Below are positions 8,904 to 17,861 of a DNA stretch of 46,037 nt, in pieces; the stretch's first letter is position 1; every line of letters begins with the position of its first letter. Below the pieces are notes generated by a model. It saw nothing but the letters and a program-made list of their open reading frames with translations, was not told the origin of the DNA and did not search any database. This stretch comes from Candidatus Micrarchaeota archaeon (GTDB lineage Archaea; Micrarchaeota; Micrarchaeia; Burarchaeales; JAKAKT01), in contig CAZYPB010000002.1 in NCBI GenBank assembly GCA_964649265.1, positions 1 through 46,037 on the forward strand. The letters are read 5' to 3'. Both the position numbers and the translations under genes were made by a program.

Positions 8904-9455
8904 CTACTGCTCAACAGTTTTCTTTTTAAAAAGTCCGACAACTGTCTCAACAGTCACTCTATCGAATGTTCTATTAAGCCTTATTCCATCATTTGTTACA
9001 ACCCCAAAGGGATTCGTAGTAGTTACGAGAATTATGCCTCCCAGGCTCTTCAATATATCTCGTATGTCTGGAACCTCTGGACTCTTCAATATCTCAACAG
9101 CTTGTTTGCATATCCTTATTATAAAGACAGCATATCCTCGTTGCACCTGTATCTGAATCAATGTTTACGCCATTATCTGATACCTTTATCTCAAGAAGAA
9201 CTGAGAGATTGTTTAGTTCCACACGCATGTATTCACCCGGGACCCGTTCCTAAGAGCATCTTCAACAGTCGTATATCCCCTCCCCATCTTCTCTTTGTCA
9301 TTCCCCAACAGCATATCCCCAACTGCCCCCCTAAGATGCACAATTGTCAGGGGGGTTTCCTTTGGTTTTTTGAGGGCGAACCTTCTACAACCAGCCTTAT
9401 TCTGCTCTCTTACCTGGGTAGTAATTATCCTCTTTTTATCTACAACAGTAGGCAT
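8904..9455 (-). pseudogene. Probable decayed or frameshifted gene (two 80-85-aa fragments in different frames); original family uncertain
   Basis: Minus-strand ORFs 9213-9455 and 8904-9161 are separated by stops, and the piece between reads in a third frame. C6 (9326-9331) and G6 (9350-9355) homopolymers sit in the first fragment. The second fragment (GYAVFII..VEILKSPEVPDI..TTTNPFGVV) faintly resembles the archaeal adenosine-specific-kinase-like family (PF04008) from memory; this is very tentative. Confidence 0.3.
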
Positions 9456-9520
9456 TTTGACACCAGAATAAGAAATATATTATAGATTTTCCGATATTTA
9501 AAACAATAGGGGTGGTGATA

Positions 9521-9928
9521 ATGGACTGCATTTTCTGTAAAATAGTGAAAAAGGAGATTCCTGCCTTGGTTTTATACGAAACAGAGAGTGTACTCGCGTT
9601 CCTTGATATAAATCCACTTAATAAGGGACACTCACTTGTAATACCTAAGAAGCATTTTGAAACAATCCACAATACTCCGGAATCCGAACTCCCTGAGCTC
9701 TTGAAATCAGTGAAGATACTTGCGAATGCAATAGAAAAAACTACTGGCTGCGATGGGGTAAACATAATACAGAACAATGGGAAGGCAGCTGAGCAACTGG
9801 TTCCACACATGCACTTTCACGTGATCCCACGGTTCCAAGGGGATGGACTTGTTTCTAAGTGGGAAACAAAGAACTATGGGGAGGGAGAAGCTGAAAAACT
9901 AACAAAAGAAATAGTATCCAATCTTTAG
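9521..9928 (+). CDS. HIT-family (histidine triad) nucleotide hydrolase
   Basis: Histidine triad HMHFHVIP and an N-terminus CIFCKIVKKEIPA typical of Hint proteins. The ATG at 9521 is preceded by SD-like GGGGTGGTGA. The ORF track uses the GTG at 9512. Confidence 0.9.
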   Translation: MDCIFCKIVKKEIPALVLYETESVLAFLDINPLNKGHSLVIPKKHFETIHNTPESELPELLKSVKILANAIEKTTGCDGVNIIQNNGKAAEQLVPHMHFHVIPRFQGDGLVSKWETKNYGEGEAEKLTKEIVSNL

Positions 9929-10278
9929 AACTCAATAGTATCTCCTGCAGCCACATCGTACTTTTTTACATCTCCGGAATCCATTTCAATTAGGTATTTC
10001 GTTCTCTTCTTTGGCTCAAGGTATGGCGTGAAAGGCCTTACATTCTCAAAAATATCTACAACAACCTTGTTTTCGTCTAAATAGATAGCATCAAATGGGA
10101 AGAACACGAAAAACGAGTGTATTGAATTCCTTTTTGGTGCAGTGTCATCAAAGAAGAACAGTATTGGTTTTGGGAATTTGGATCTGAACATAAGGCCCCT
10201 GAGGCGGGAAAAGAACGAGTTGGCTATAAGGGGCCCTTCTGCTAAAACACTGCCATTCCGTTTGTTGATTACCTTCAT
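9925..10278 (-). CDS. DUF192 (COG1430) family protein
   Basis: 117 aa. NSFFSRLRGLMFR near the N-terminus, IHSFFVFFPFDAIYLD and YLIEMDSG match my recollection of DUF192. Its start overlaps the uppS stop by 4 nt. Confidence 0.7.
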   Translation of the reverse strand: MKVINKRNGSVLAEGPLIANSFFSRLRGLMFRSKFPKPILFFFDDTAPKRNSIHSFFVFFPFDAIYLDENKVVVDIFENVRPFTPYLEPKKRTKYLIEMDSGDVKKYDVAAGDTIEF

Positions 10279-10976
10279 CTTCCAAAGCGCCTCTTTCTTT
10301 GGTTGTAATCTTCCAGCGCGTTTGTCATCTCATTCTTATCAAATTCCGGCCACATATACTGTGAGAAATACAATTCACTGTATGCGCTGTGCCAAGGCAG
10401 GAAACCAGAAAGTCTCCTTTCCCCAGATGTCCTTATTATAAGATCAGGGTCAGTCAGATTTCCGGTTGTAAGGTACTTTGAGAAGCTTCTCTCATCCACG
10501 CCTTCCACCTTTCCTGTCTTGTAATCCTGAATAACAGCATTGCAGGCATCTATCAGTTCCTGCCTCCCACCATAACCAAGAAGAACATTGACAAAGTAAT
10601 TCGAATAGTCCTTGGTCGATCTCTCAAGTTCAAGCATGTAGTCATTTATCCTTTCAGTGAATATGTTTCTTTTACCGAATATTCTTAGCCTTATTTTGTT
10701 TTCATGGAATTCATTTCTATCTATGGCTTCCTTGAATTTCATTTCGAAAAGATGCATCAGGGTATCCAATTCCCTTTTATCTCTAGAGAGGTTCTCAATT
10801 GAAAGCCCCCAGAAGGTTAATGACCTGAGTCCGAGCTCCCGGCTCCATGTGAGTACGTCCCCTATCTTATCAATTCCTGCCATATAACCTTGAACAAGGG
10901 TTTTTCCATTCTTTTTAGCCCATCTCCTGTTTCCATCAGGTATTATGGCTATGTGTTCTGGGTTCATAGCTACCAC
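10275..10976 (-). CDS. uppS: cis-prenyltransferase (undecaprenyl/dolichyl diphosphate synthase family)
   Basis: HIAIIPDGNRRWAKK and RTSGERRLSGFLPW motifs. GTG start at 10976 (or ATG at 10967), overlapping the stop of the upstream GGR-family gene by 1 nt. Confidence 0.9.
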   Translation of the reverse strand: MVAMNPEHIAIIPDGNRRWAKKNGKTLVQGYMAGIDKIGDVLTWSRELGLRSLTFWGLSIENLSRDKRELDTLMHLFEMKFKEAIDRNEFHENKIRLRIFGKRNIFTERINDYMLELERSTKDYSNYFVNVLLGYGGRQELIDACNAVIQDYKTGKVEGVDERSFSKYLTTGNLTDPDLIIRTSGERRLSGFLPWHSAYSELYFSQYMWPEFDKNEMTNALEDYNQRKRRFGR

Positions 10977-12088
10977 TAAATGATACTTGAAATTACAGTG
11001 TAAATTGTATTAAAACGTTTGCTTAGATAAGACATTGAATCATCTCTCATTGCTCTAGCTATTTGTGTTGGTCGGTCCATATCTCCATAACGGACAAGGA
11101 AATTCTCTGCTCCTAAGAACTTACTTGCATATGCAACTGTTCCAGTTACCTCTCCAGGGAAGGCATCCAGAGCGTTTCTTATAAACCCGTGAATTCGCAT
11201 GTCTCTGCTTAACTTTCTTCTCCAGACTCTTTCGTATAGCAAGAGGTCATTCTTATTAAGTGCAGCCACTTTCCCAGCAATAGAAGCACAGGTGCATCCG
11301 AAATAGATTCCGCCCCCAGAAACTGCCTTAACCTGACCGGCTGCATCCCCAACAAGCATTACATTTCCCTTAACTGTCCTGTTTCTTGGCGCAAGTGGAA
11401 TACATCCCCCAAGCCAGGATTCTCTTTTCGCATTCTTCAGAACATTTTTCCCAAGTGTTTTCCTGAACCCATTGAAATATTCTCTGGGGTTTTTCCCAAA
11501 GGAGACTCCAAGCCCAACCCTAACTCTCTCCTCGTTTATTGGGATAACCCAACCAAAAAAACCAGGAAAATTATTTCTTGATATATACACTGAAACCATA
11601 TTGTTCTCAGTAGGAGTCGCTTTTGCAAACTCTTCCTGGTAGCACGAGACAACTTTCTTAAAATCAGGGAATCCGTTTTCCCTTGCTGTTCTTGAGAAAA
11701 CACCGTCAGCTCCAATAATGACATCTTCCTGTCCGCTCCCTGCACGCGAAACCCCAGTCTTTATATCCACGCCTTCACTAATCGCAGCATCAGCACAAAG
11801 ACAATCGAACACAGACCTATCTATAACATAGGCTTTTGTTTCAGGCGACTCCACCCTAAGAGAGACGCCCGGGAAATGGAGATGTGAACCATTTATTCTG
11901 TTTAATATCGATTTTGAGTAATCTATACCTAATGAATCAAGGCCCTTCTTTGAAACAAGACCAGAGCATTGGATGGGTTTTCCTATTTCTCCATGCTCTT
12001 CATAAAGGACAGTCCTTTGCCCGCTCTTAGCTGAATGCATTGAAGCAAAACATCCGGCAGGTCCTCCTCCTAAAACAATTGTTACCAT
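10976..12088 (-). CDS. Geranylgeranyl-reductase-family FAD-dependent oxidoreductase
   Basis: 370 aa. The N-terminal dinucleotide fold VTIVLGGGPAGCFAS, IGADG and LVGDAAG motifs are typical of archaeal GGR/ChlP-type reductases. Confidence 0.85.
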   Translation of the reverse strand: MVTIVLGGGPAGCFASMHSAKSGQRTVLYEEHGEIGKPIQCSGLVSKKGLDSLGIDYSKSILNRINGSHLHFPGVSLRVESPETKAYVIDRSVFDCLCADAAISEGVDIKTGVSRAGSGQEDVIIGADGVFSRTARENGFPDFKKVVSCYQEEFAKATPTENNMVSVYISRNNFPGFFGWVIPINEERVRVGLGVSFGKNPREYFNGFRKTLGKNVLKNAKRESWLGGCIPLAPRNRTVKGNVMLVGDAAGQVKAVSGGGIYFGCTCASIAGKVAALNKNDLLLYERVWRRKLSRDMRIHGFIRNALDAFPGEVTGTVAYASKFLGAENFLVRYGDMDRPTQIARAMRDDSMSYLSKRFNTIYTVISSII

Positions 12089-12103
12089 CGAATCACAGAT
12101 CAG

Positions 12104-12130
12104 TATATATATACTTTAATATACTTTATC
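12104..12130. promoter_or_regulatory. Divergent promoter region (tandem ATACTTTA(A/T) TATA-like boxes) between the GGR-uppS operon and aglB
   Basis: TATATATATACTTTAATATACTTTATC. The tandem 10-nt units at 12111-20 and 12121-30 lie 20-45 nt from both start codons. Confidence 0.35.
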
Positions 12131-12169
12131 GCCCGAACTATTGAACGTATTCTCAAATGGGGGATTTAT

Positions 12170-14854
12170 TTGGGCGTTTCAGAGTTTATCTATGCAGCTA
12201 TACCTATATTCCTTTCGATAATGATACCTGGCCTTGCCATAGCCTATCCACTACTGAAAAGAACAAAGCTCTCTATGTTTGAGATCACCTGCTTCGGTTT
12301 TTCCATAGGCCTCGTCATCCCTCCGACAGTTTCATTTATAGCGAATATTATTGGAATTCCATATTCATTTGAACTCTTTCTCGCAAGCCTGTTTCTGTCA
12401 ACACTCGGCGGAATTCTATGGTTTGCATACGAGTATTCAAGAAACCCGGAAAAATTCGGAATAGCTGTACCAGAGGTATGGTTCTCTCCGATGAGGGATG
12501 CAGTCCCGTTAGTACTATTGTTCATAATGGTAACCGCATTCTTTTTGAGAATACAGAGCATAGGTCCGATATTCTATGAATTCGATCCTTACTATTACAT
12601 ATACATAGCAAGACAGCTCCTTGTGTTAGGCTATGTTCCTACAGTTGATTGGATGGCATGGTACCCGAATCCATCCGGCCATGGGAACATACTTTTAACC
12701 GGATATCTTGAAGCAGGATGGTACCACATATACACTGGCGGAACTGGCGTGTATGACAATATACTTCTCTCAACAATAGCGAACGTATATCCTCCAGTTG
12801 TTGCAACACTTGTGTGCTTTTTTGTCTACATACTGTTGAAAGAGGAATATGGAAAGATAACTGGCCTTGTGGGAGCGGGCCTTATTGCAATAACTCCGAG
12901 ACTCATAGAGAAAACAGTTGCAGGAGAAGCCGAGATCATGCCTTGGGGTATATTCTCAACATTCTTTTTCCTTGCAGCATATGCAATTGCAATAAAGAGA
13001 CACAACCACTGGCTTTCAATTCTTGCAGGAATAGCATACCTGTCAACAGTTCTTGGCTCTGCATACGTTATGGTGGTTACACTTGTTCTTGTCGGATATT
13101 CCATGTTTGAAACACTCAAGTATTATCTTAAGGGGAAATCACTCAAATTCCTTCTAGAAACTAATGCGATTGTTGTAGCATTTGGTGTGTTCTCATACAT
13201 AATACAAGTACTCGGTTATTCAAGGCATTGGGATGTGCTCAGCCTTGTCACTTCAAAGGGATTCTTCCCGGGACTCACATGGGTTCTTATGCTCATTACA
13301 ATGATTGTTGGTATGGGGGCACTATATTATGTTGAGCTGAATTCCAAGAAAAAAGAGACACGCTATAATGTTCTTGTGGCATTGGCTATTGTTTCCCTAT
13401 TCATATTTCTCCTTAGTCCGCTGTCCTCGCTTTTCCTATCATATCTAACCAATGCAATAAGCTTCGCAAAGCCTACATCAGCGCTGATGCAGACAGTTGC
13501 AGAGGAACACAAACTAAGTCCGGCAGAGTTCCAAGGGCTGGCAAAGCCCTCATATGGTCTACTTGGGGATTTGGTTTCAATGGGAATTCCAGGGGTTTCT
13601 GAGGCAACAGGAGTCCATGTTCCAGTACTTCTGGTTATGGCCCTCATATGGCTTCTTTATGCATACTTCTCAAGATGGAGCAACCTTGCATTGCTTTTCA
13701 TGGTAGCCATATTCCCAATAGCATATGTGGGTGTACAGAAAAGCAAATACACTGTCCAGTTTGGGTTTGTTCTTGTTATTGCAACAGCCGTTGTGCTAGG
13801 AGAGCTTTATCTTCTGTTCCGCTCATTCATAAATGAAAAGGAGAAAAAGTCAAAATCAGATGATAGAAACCTATCCATAGCATACTCTGGTTTAGCGTGC
13901 CTTCTTCTTCTTGCAGCAGCATCGATTCCATTCTCAGATGTACTTCCAACAGCACTTACATTCGAGCAACCAGACTGCAATGACATATACAAAGACATTG
14001 TTGACGGAAAGGACAGGAGGCTCAGCTACTACATATACTGCAGCAGAATCCCAGCGTACTGGTTGGATTCAATGGAATGGATAAGTGAGAACGTAGGACA
14101 AAACAGTAGGGTAATCTCATGGTGGGATTACGGCCACTGGATAAACTTTTTCGGAGACAGGCCATGCATTACACGAAACGAGCACGCTTTCTCACACATG
14201 GACCTGGAAGTTGCAAACTCATTTGTAAGTGCTCCACCGGAGGGATTGAAACAATACATGGTAGAACACAATGCAACTCATGCACTTTTCGATATGGATC
14301 TTGTTGGGAAATGGGGAGCACTGAAATACCTCTCATGTGTCTACAGCAACCAGACAAACATGTCTCAGGGTCCTGCAGTATCAGATTGTGATGCACTTTA
14401 TGATTTTGAATACGTGTTCATACCAATCCAGCCTACACTTGAGGAACGCTGCATAATTAAGGATCAGCCCCAGAATGCGCTTGCGCTTGCATTCTCTTCG
14501 TTTGGAAATGTTTATTGCGTTGCTGAAACTCAGATAAACGGCGAGGTTGTCCCCATAATGTACAACGCAGGCGAGACAAACCCACCAAATAATTTTGATC
14601 TTTCAAAGGCAACAATAAACAGAGGAACACTCATATTGGCGCAGGGAACGAACATTCAGGGAAGACAGTTCGCAAGATTTATGGTTCTATACACCGGGGA
14701 TGGATTCGAGGACAGAAAGGGAAAGGGATACGACTCCAATTTCTATAAAGGATTCTTCCTTGGAGAATTAGATGGATTTGAACTTGTCTATCCAGAAAAC
14801 GACAGACCCGGATGGAGAAATGTTCCAGTTAGGATATTTGAGATCAAAGAGTAG
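12170..14854 (+). CDS. aglB: Archaeal oligosaccharyltransferase (STT3 family)
   Basis: 894 aa. The N-terminal half has many TM segments and the C-terminal domain is soluble. The catalytic WWDYGHW motif is at 14120-14140. TTG start is preceded by SD-like GGGGGA. Confidence 0.95.
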   Translation: MGVSEFIYAAIPIFLSIMIPGLAIAYPLLKRTKLSMFEITCFGFSIGLVIPPTVSFIANIIGIPYSFELFLASLFLSTLGGILWFAYEYSRNPEKFGIAVPEVWFSPMRDAVPLVLLFIMVTAFFLRIQSIGPIFYEFDPYYYIYIARQLLVLGYVPTVDWMAWYPNPSGHGNILLTGYLEAGWYHIYTGGTGVYDNILLSTIANVYPPVVATLVCFFVYILLKEEYGKITGLVGAGLIAITPRLIEKTVAGEAEIMPWGIFSTFFFLAAYAIAIKRHNHWLSILAGIAYLSTVLGSAYVMVVTLVLVGYSMFETLKYYLKGKSLKFLLETNAIVVAFGVFSYIIQVLGYSRHWDVLSLVTSKGFFPGLTWVLMLITMIVGMGALYYVELNSKKKETRYNVLVALAIVSLFIFLLSPLSSLFLSYLTNAISFAKPTSALMQTVAEEHKLSPAEFQGLAKPSYGLLGDLVSMGIPGVSEATGVHVPVLLVMALIWLLYAYFSRWSNLALLFMVAIFPIAYVGVQKSKYTVQFGFVLVIATAVVLGELYLLFRSFINEKEKKSKSDDRNLSIAYSGLACLLLLAAASIPFSDVLPTALTFEQPDCNDIYKDIVDGKDRRLSYYIYCSRIPAYWLDSMEWISENVGQNSRVISWWDYGHWINFFGDRPCITRNEHAFSHMDLEVANSFVSAPPEGLKQYMVEHNATHALFDMDLVGKWGALKYLSCVYSNQTNMSQGPAVSDCDALYDFEYVFIPIQPTLEERCIIKDQPQNALALAFSSFGNVYCVAETQINGEVVPIMYNAGETNPPNNFDLSKATINRGTLILAQGTNIQGRQFARFMVLYTGDGFEDRKGKGYDSNFYKGFFLGELDGFELVYPENDRPGWRNVPVRIFEIKE

Positions 14855-15767
14855 AGAGCCAATCAATGTACTTCTGAATTCCCTCAGATGATGAGACCTC
14901 TGGTTCCCAACCCAATCGTTTTATCTTCTTAACAGAGAGCCTCATTCTGTTTACGTCCCCAACCCAGCCTCTTTTTCCTCCAGTGTATGTGTATTTTGGG
15001 TTCAGATTCATTATCCCACTTATTTCATCAGCGATCTGATCTACACTAATTGTTTTGTCACTGCCTACATTAAATACATCAAAAACAAGTTTCTGTTTTC
15101 TTGGTGCAAGAAGAGTTGCATCAACACAGTCATCTACATACAGGTATGATTTGCTTTGCTTTCCGTCACCTAATATGGTAAGTTCCCTTGGATTCTTTTT
15201 TAGTTTGAAATAGAAGTCATGCATAACTCCATGGGTCGACCCTGGCCCATAGACATTCGCATATCTGAAAACAGTTGACTTTATTCCATACGAATTCGCA
15301 TAGGATGAGACATATGCCTCAGCAGCTATTTTTGATGCGGCGTAATTACTTATCGGCACAGTTGGGTGTACTTCCGGTGTTGGGAATATCCTTGCATCAC
15401 CATATACTGCAGACGTTGATGTAAACACAATGCGTTCAATATCATTTTCCCTAGCAGCTTCAAGTACGTTTAGCGTTCCCCTTACATTTATGTCAAAACT
15501 CAGAACAGGCCTCTCAACACTTTCCTTTACAAGAGGATCCGCGGCAAGGTGAAAAATAACATCGATATTCTTCATTGCACTTCTAATCCCGTTTTTGTTC
15601 CTCACATCCAGCTTCCTGAATGAGAACGCTTTGCTTTTTTTTGGAAGCGTTTCTCTGTCCCCTGCAGTCAGATTGTCTATACCTAAAACAGCGTGTCCGT
15701 TTTTAATTAGTTTGTCCGTTAGATGACTTCCTATGAAGCCTGCAGCTCCCGTGACCAATGCTTTCAT
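14844..15767 (-). CDS. NAD-dependent sugar-nucleotide epimerase/dehydratase (extended SDR)
   Basis: MKALVTGAAGFIGSHL Rossmann motif and YAASK catalytic motif. 307 aa. Convergent with aglB, overlapping it by 11 nt. Confidence 0.85.
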   Translation of the reverse strand: MKALVTGAAGFIGSHLTDKLIKNGHAVLGIDNLTAGDRETLPKKSKAFSFRKLDVRNKNGIRSAMKNIDVIFHLAADPLVKESVERPVLSFDINVRGTLNVLEAARENDIERIVFTSTSAVYGDARIFPTPEVHPTVPISNYAASKIAAEAYVSSYANSYGIKSTVFRYANVYGPGSTHGVMHDFYFKLKKNPRELTILGDGKQSKSYLYVDDCVDATLLAPRKQKLVFDVFNVGSDKTISVDQIADEISGIMNLNPKYTYTGGKRGWVGDVNRMRLSVKKIKRLGWEPEVSSSEGIQKYIDWLSTL

Positions 15768-15786
15768 GCATTCGCTTTCTCATGAT

Positions 15787-16449
15787 TCATTTATCTTTTT
15801 TGTGGTTGCTCTTGCAGATCACATTATCGAGAATTCCGTAAGTCTTAAGTGAATCTTCGCGTGAGACAATTAGTACAGTGTCAGTATAACAGGAATAGAA
15901 TTCTATGAGGTTTATTTTTTTCCTCAAGAGCAAACCAGTTATGTATGCAACAAAACCGGGAACAGATTTTATGTTCTTTCCAGAATTAAGATATATTGCG
16001 TGGAGGTTCTTTCTTAGTTCTATAATGTTATTTCTTCCTATCGTTGCTATGATCTCCCGGACATTCTGATCTCCAGTTATTATGGTTATCGCCTGACTGG
16101 AGCTTATTATGTTCATCTCGTCTCCCATCCGCTTGAACGCAGCCTGGAGTTTTGATAAGACAGACCTCTCTTTGAAAGCCTGTATGACAGATATATTGCT
16201 TTTAAGAGAAAACTCAGTATTTCTAAGAAGTTTCTCTAACTCCTTATCCGAGTCTTCCAAATCACTCTCTGCAACATACCTTCTAACAGCAGCCCTAACA
16301 GCTTCCTTTGTTGAGTCTGGAACACAATCCTTCCTTATTTTAGAAGATAGTGCGGAAAGGTTTGCAATTCCAAGTTCAATTGATTTGCGTAGATACACAT
16401 CCTCATCTAGTGCATCATAGACTCTTGATACAACGGATGTCTTTTCCAT
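15787..16449 (-). CDS. ACT-domain protein, predicted amino-acid-responsive regulator (paralogue A)
   Basis: 220 aa with an HTH-like N-terminus (LGIANLSALSSKIRK). The C-terminus VPGFVAYITGLLLRKKINLIEFYSCYTDTVLIV looks like an ACT fold. Clear paralogue of 19188-19853. Divergent from argG. Confidence 0.6.
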   Translation of the reverse strand: MEKTSVVSRVYDALDEDVYLRKSIELGIANLSALSSKIRKDCVPDSTKEAVRAAVRRYVAESDLEDSDKELEKLLRNTEFSLKSNISVIQAFKERSVLSKLQAAFKRMGDEMNIISSSQAITIITGDQNVREIIATIGRNNIIELRKNLHAIYLNSGKNIKSVPGFVAYITGLLLRKKINLIEFYSCYTDTVLIVSREDSLKTYGILDNVICKSNHKKDK

Positions 16450-16463
16450 GGTCTCACCAATTT

Positions 16464-16540
16464 TGGTTTATTATATAATATAATGGTTATATTTGGCCGA
16501 AAATGGTTTAAATAACTTTCGCCTAAACTACCCTATGGTT
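16464..16540. promoter_or_regulatory. Phased TGGTT(T/A) repeat array in the divergent ACT-gene/argG promoter region
   Basis: TGGTT occurs at 16464, 16484, 16504 (exact 20-nt spacing) and 16536, each in an A/T context (TTTTGGTTTA, TAATGGTTAT, AAATGGTTTA, CTATGGTTTT). Confidence 0.35.
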
Positions 16541-16601
16541 TTTTTCAAGAACTTGATAAGAGCAAGGCTGTTTCTCTAGATCTGTCTAGTGAGGTGTGTT
16601 T

Positions 16602-17861
16602 ATGGGTCTTATGGATGATATAAAAAACAATGTAGATCTATCGCGTTATAGCGATATACAAAAGGTCGTACTTGCATATTCTGGGGGAGTGGACACTTCT
16701 ATTATGATAAAGCTTCTCAATGAGGTGTGCGACGCAGAGGTTATAGCAGTAACAGTCGATTTGGGACAGTCCGAATACACTCAACACAAAAAGGATAAGA
16801 TAAAATCAAAAGCAGAAGAACTTGGCGCAAAGCACTATTTCATAGATGCTAAAAAGGAGTTTGTTGAGGATTACCTTTGGAAAGGGGTTAAAGCAAACTG
16901 CATGTATCAATCCGCTTATCCGAACTCAACAGCCCTGGGCCGTCCACTAATAGCCAAGTATCTTGTATCCGTATGTGAAAAAGAAGGGGCATCTGCAATT
17001 GCCCATGGTTCAACTGGAAAAGGAAATGACCAAGTACGTTTCGATGTATCCATAGCAGCCCTTTCTCCAGAAGCAAATATAATAGCACCAATAAGGGACT
17101 GGAACCTTTCGCGAGATTCCGAGATAGAATATGCGAAGGAGAAGGAAATCCCCCTACCTGTTAAGGAAACATCTCCTTATTCGGTTGATGCAAACCTATG
17201 GGGCCGGTCAATAGAGTGCGGGGTTCTCGAGGATCCAAGTAAAGAGCCGCCTGATGATGTTTTCGAATGGGTCAAGCCCCCAGAGGTTTCTGCAGACACT
17301 CCAACGGAGATAGTAATACATTTCTCCGGGGGGGTACCTGAAAAAATTGAAACTCAGGGAAATACAATAACCGATCCAATTGAGATGGTATCCACGCTTA
17401 ACAATATAGCGGGAGAAAACGGAGTAGGCATAATAGACCACATGGAAGACCGTACTGTTGGTTTAAAATCAAGGGAGATATACGAGTGCCCCGCAGCAGT
17501 ATCGTTCCTCACCGCACATGCGGATCTTGAGAAATATGTTTTGACGCGAGAGGAGAACGAATTCAAACAGATTGTTGATAAAACATGGTCTGAGCTTGTT
17601 TACAAGGGACTGTGGTTTTCCCCGTTGATGGGATCCCTTAATGCATATCTGGATCATTCGCAGAAAAATGTTACTGGGTGGGTCAAGCTTAAACTATACA
17701 AAGGAAGTCTGCGAGTAGTAGGAAGGGATTCAGAAAATGCGATATACGATAAACTACTTGCAACATACGATAAGCATACCACATTCAACCAGAGAGACTC
17801 TATAGGTTTTATAAAACTCTGGGGCCTGAATACCGTCATTGCCAACAAGGTGCGTAAATGA
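16602..17861 (+). CDS. argG: Argininosuccinate synthase
   Basis: AYSGGVDTS PP-loop and GSTGKGNDQVRF motifs. The ATG at 16602 follows SD GAGGTG (16591-16596). The ORF track starts 6 nt earlier at a GTG. Confidence 0.95.
   Translation: MGLMDDIKNNVDLSRYSDIQKVVLAYSGGVDTSIMIKLLNEVCDAEVIAVTVDLGQSEYTQHKKDKIKSKAEELGAKHYFIDAKKEFVEDYLWKGVKANCMYQSAYPNSTALGRPLIAKYLVSVCEKEGASAIAHGSTGKGNDQVRFDVSIAALSPEANIIAPIRDWNLSRDSEIEYAKEKEIPLPVKETSPYSVDANLWGRSIECGVLEDPSKEPPDDVFEWVKPPEVSADTPTEIVIHFSGGVPEKIETQGNTITDPIEMVSTLNNIAGENGVGIIDHMEDRTVGLKSREIYECPAAVSFLTAHADLEKYVLTREENEFKQIVDKTWSELVYKGLWFSPLMGSLNAYLDHSQKNVTGWVKLKLYKGSLRVVGRDSENAIYDKLLATYDKHTTFNQRDSIGFIKLWGLNTVIANKVRK

Noticed and set aside
8736-9485. 249-aa plus-strand ORF covering the FeoC-like gene 5' end and the decayed region
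   Set aside because: The first part is antisense to a credible wHTH gene. The remainder is rich in Ser/Leu/Ile/Tyr/Asn with no motif, no SD or TATA in position, and it would collide head-on with the HIT promoter.
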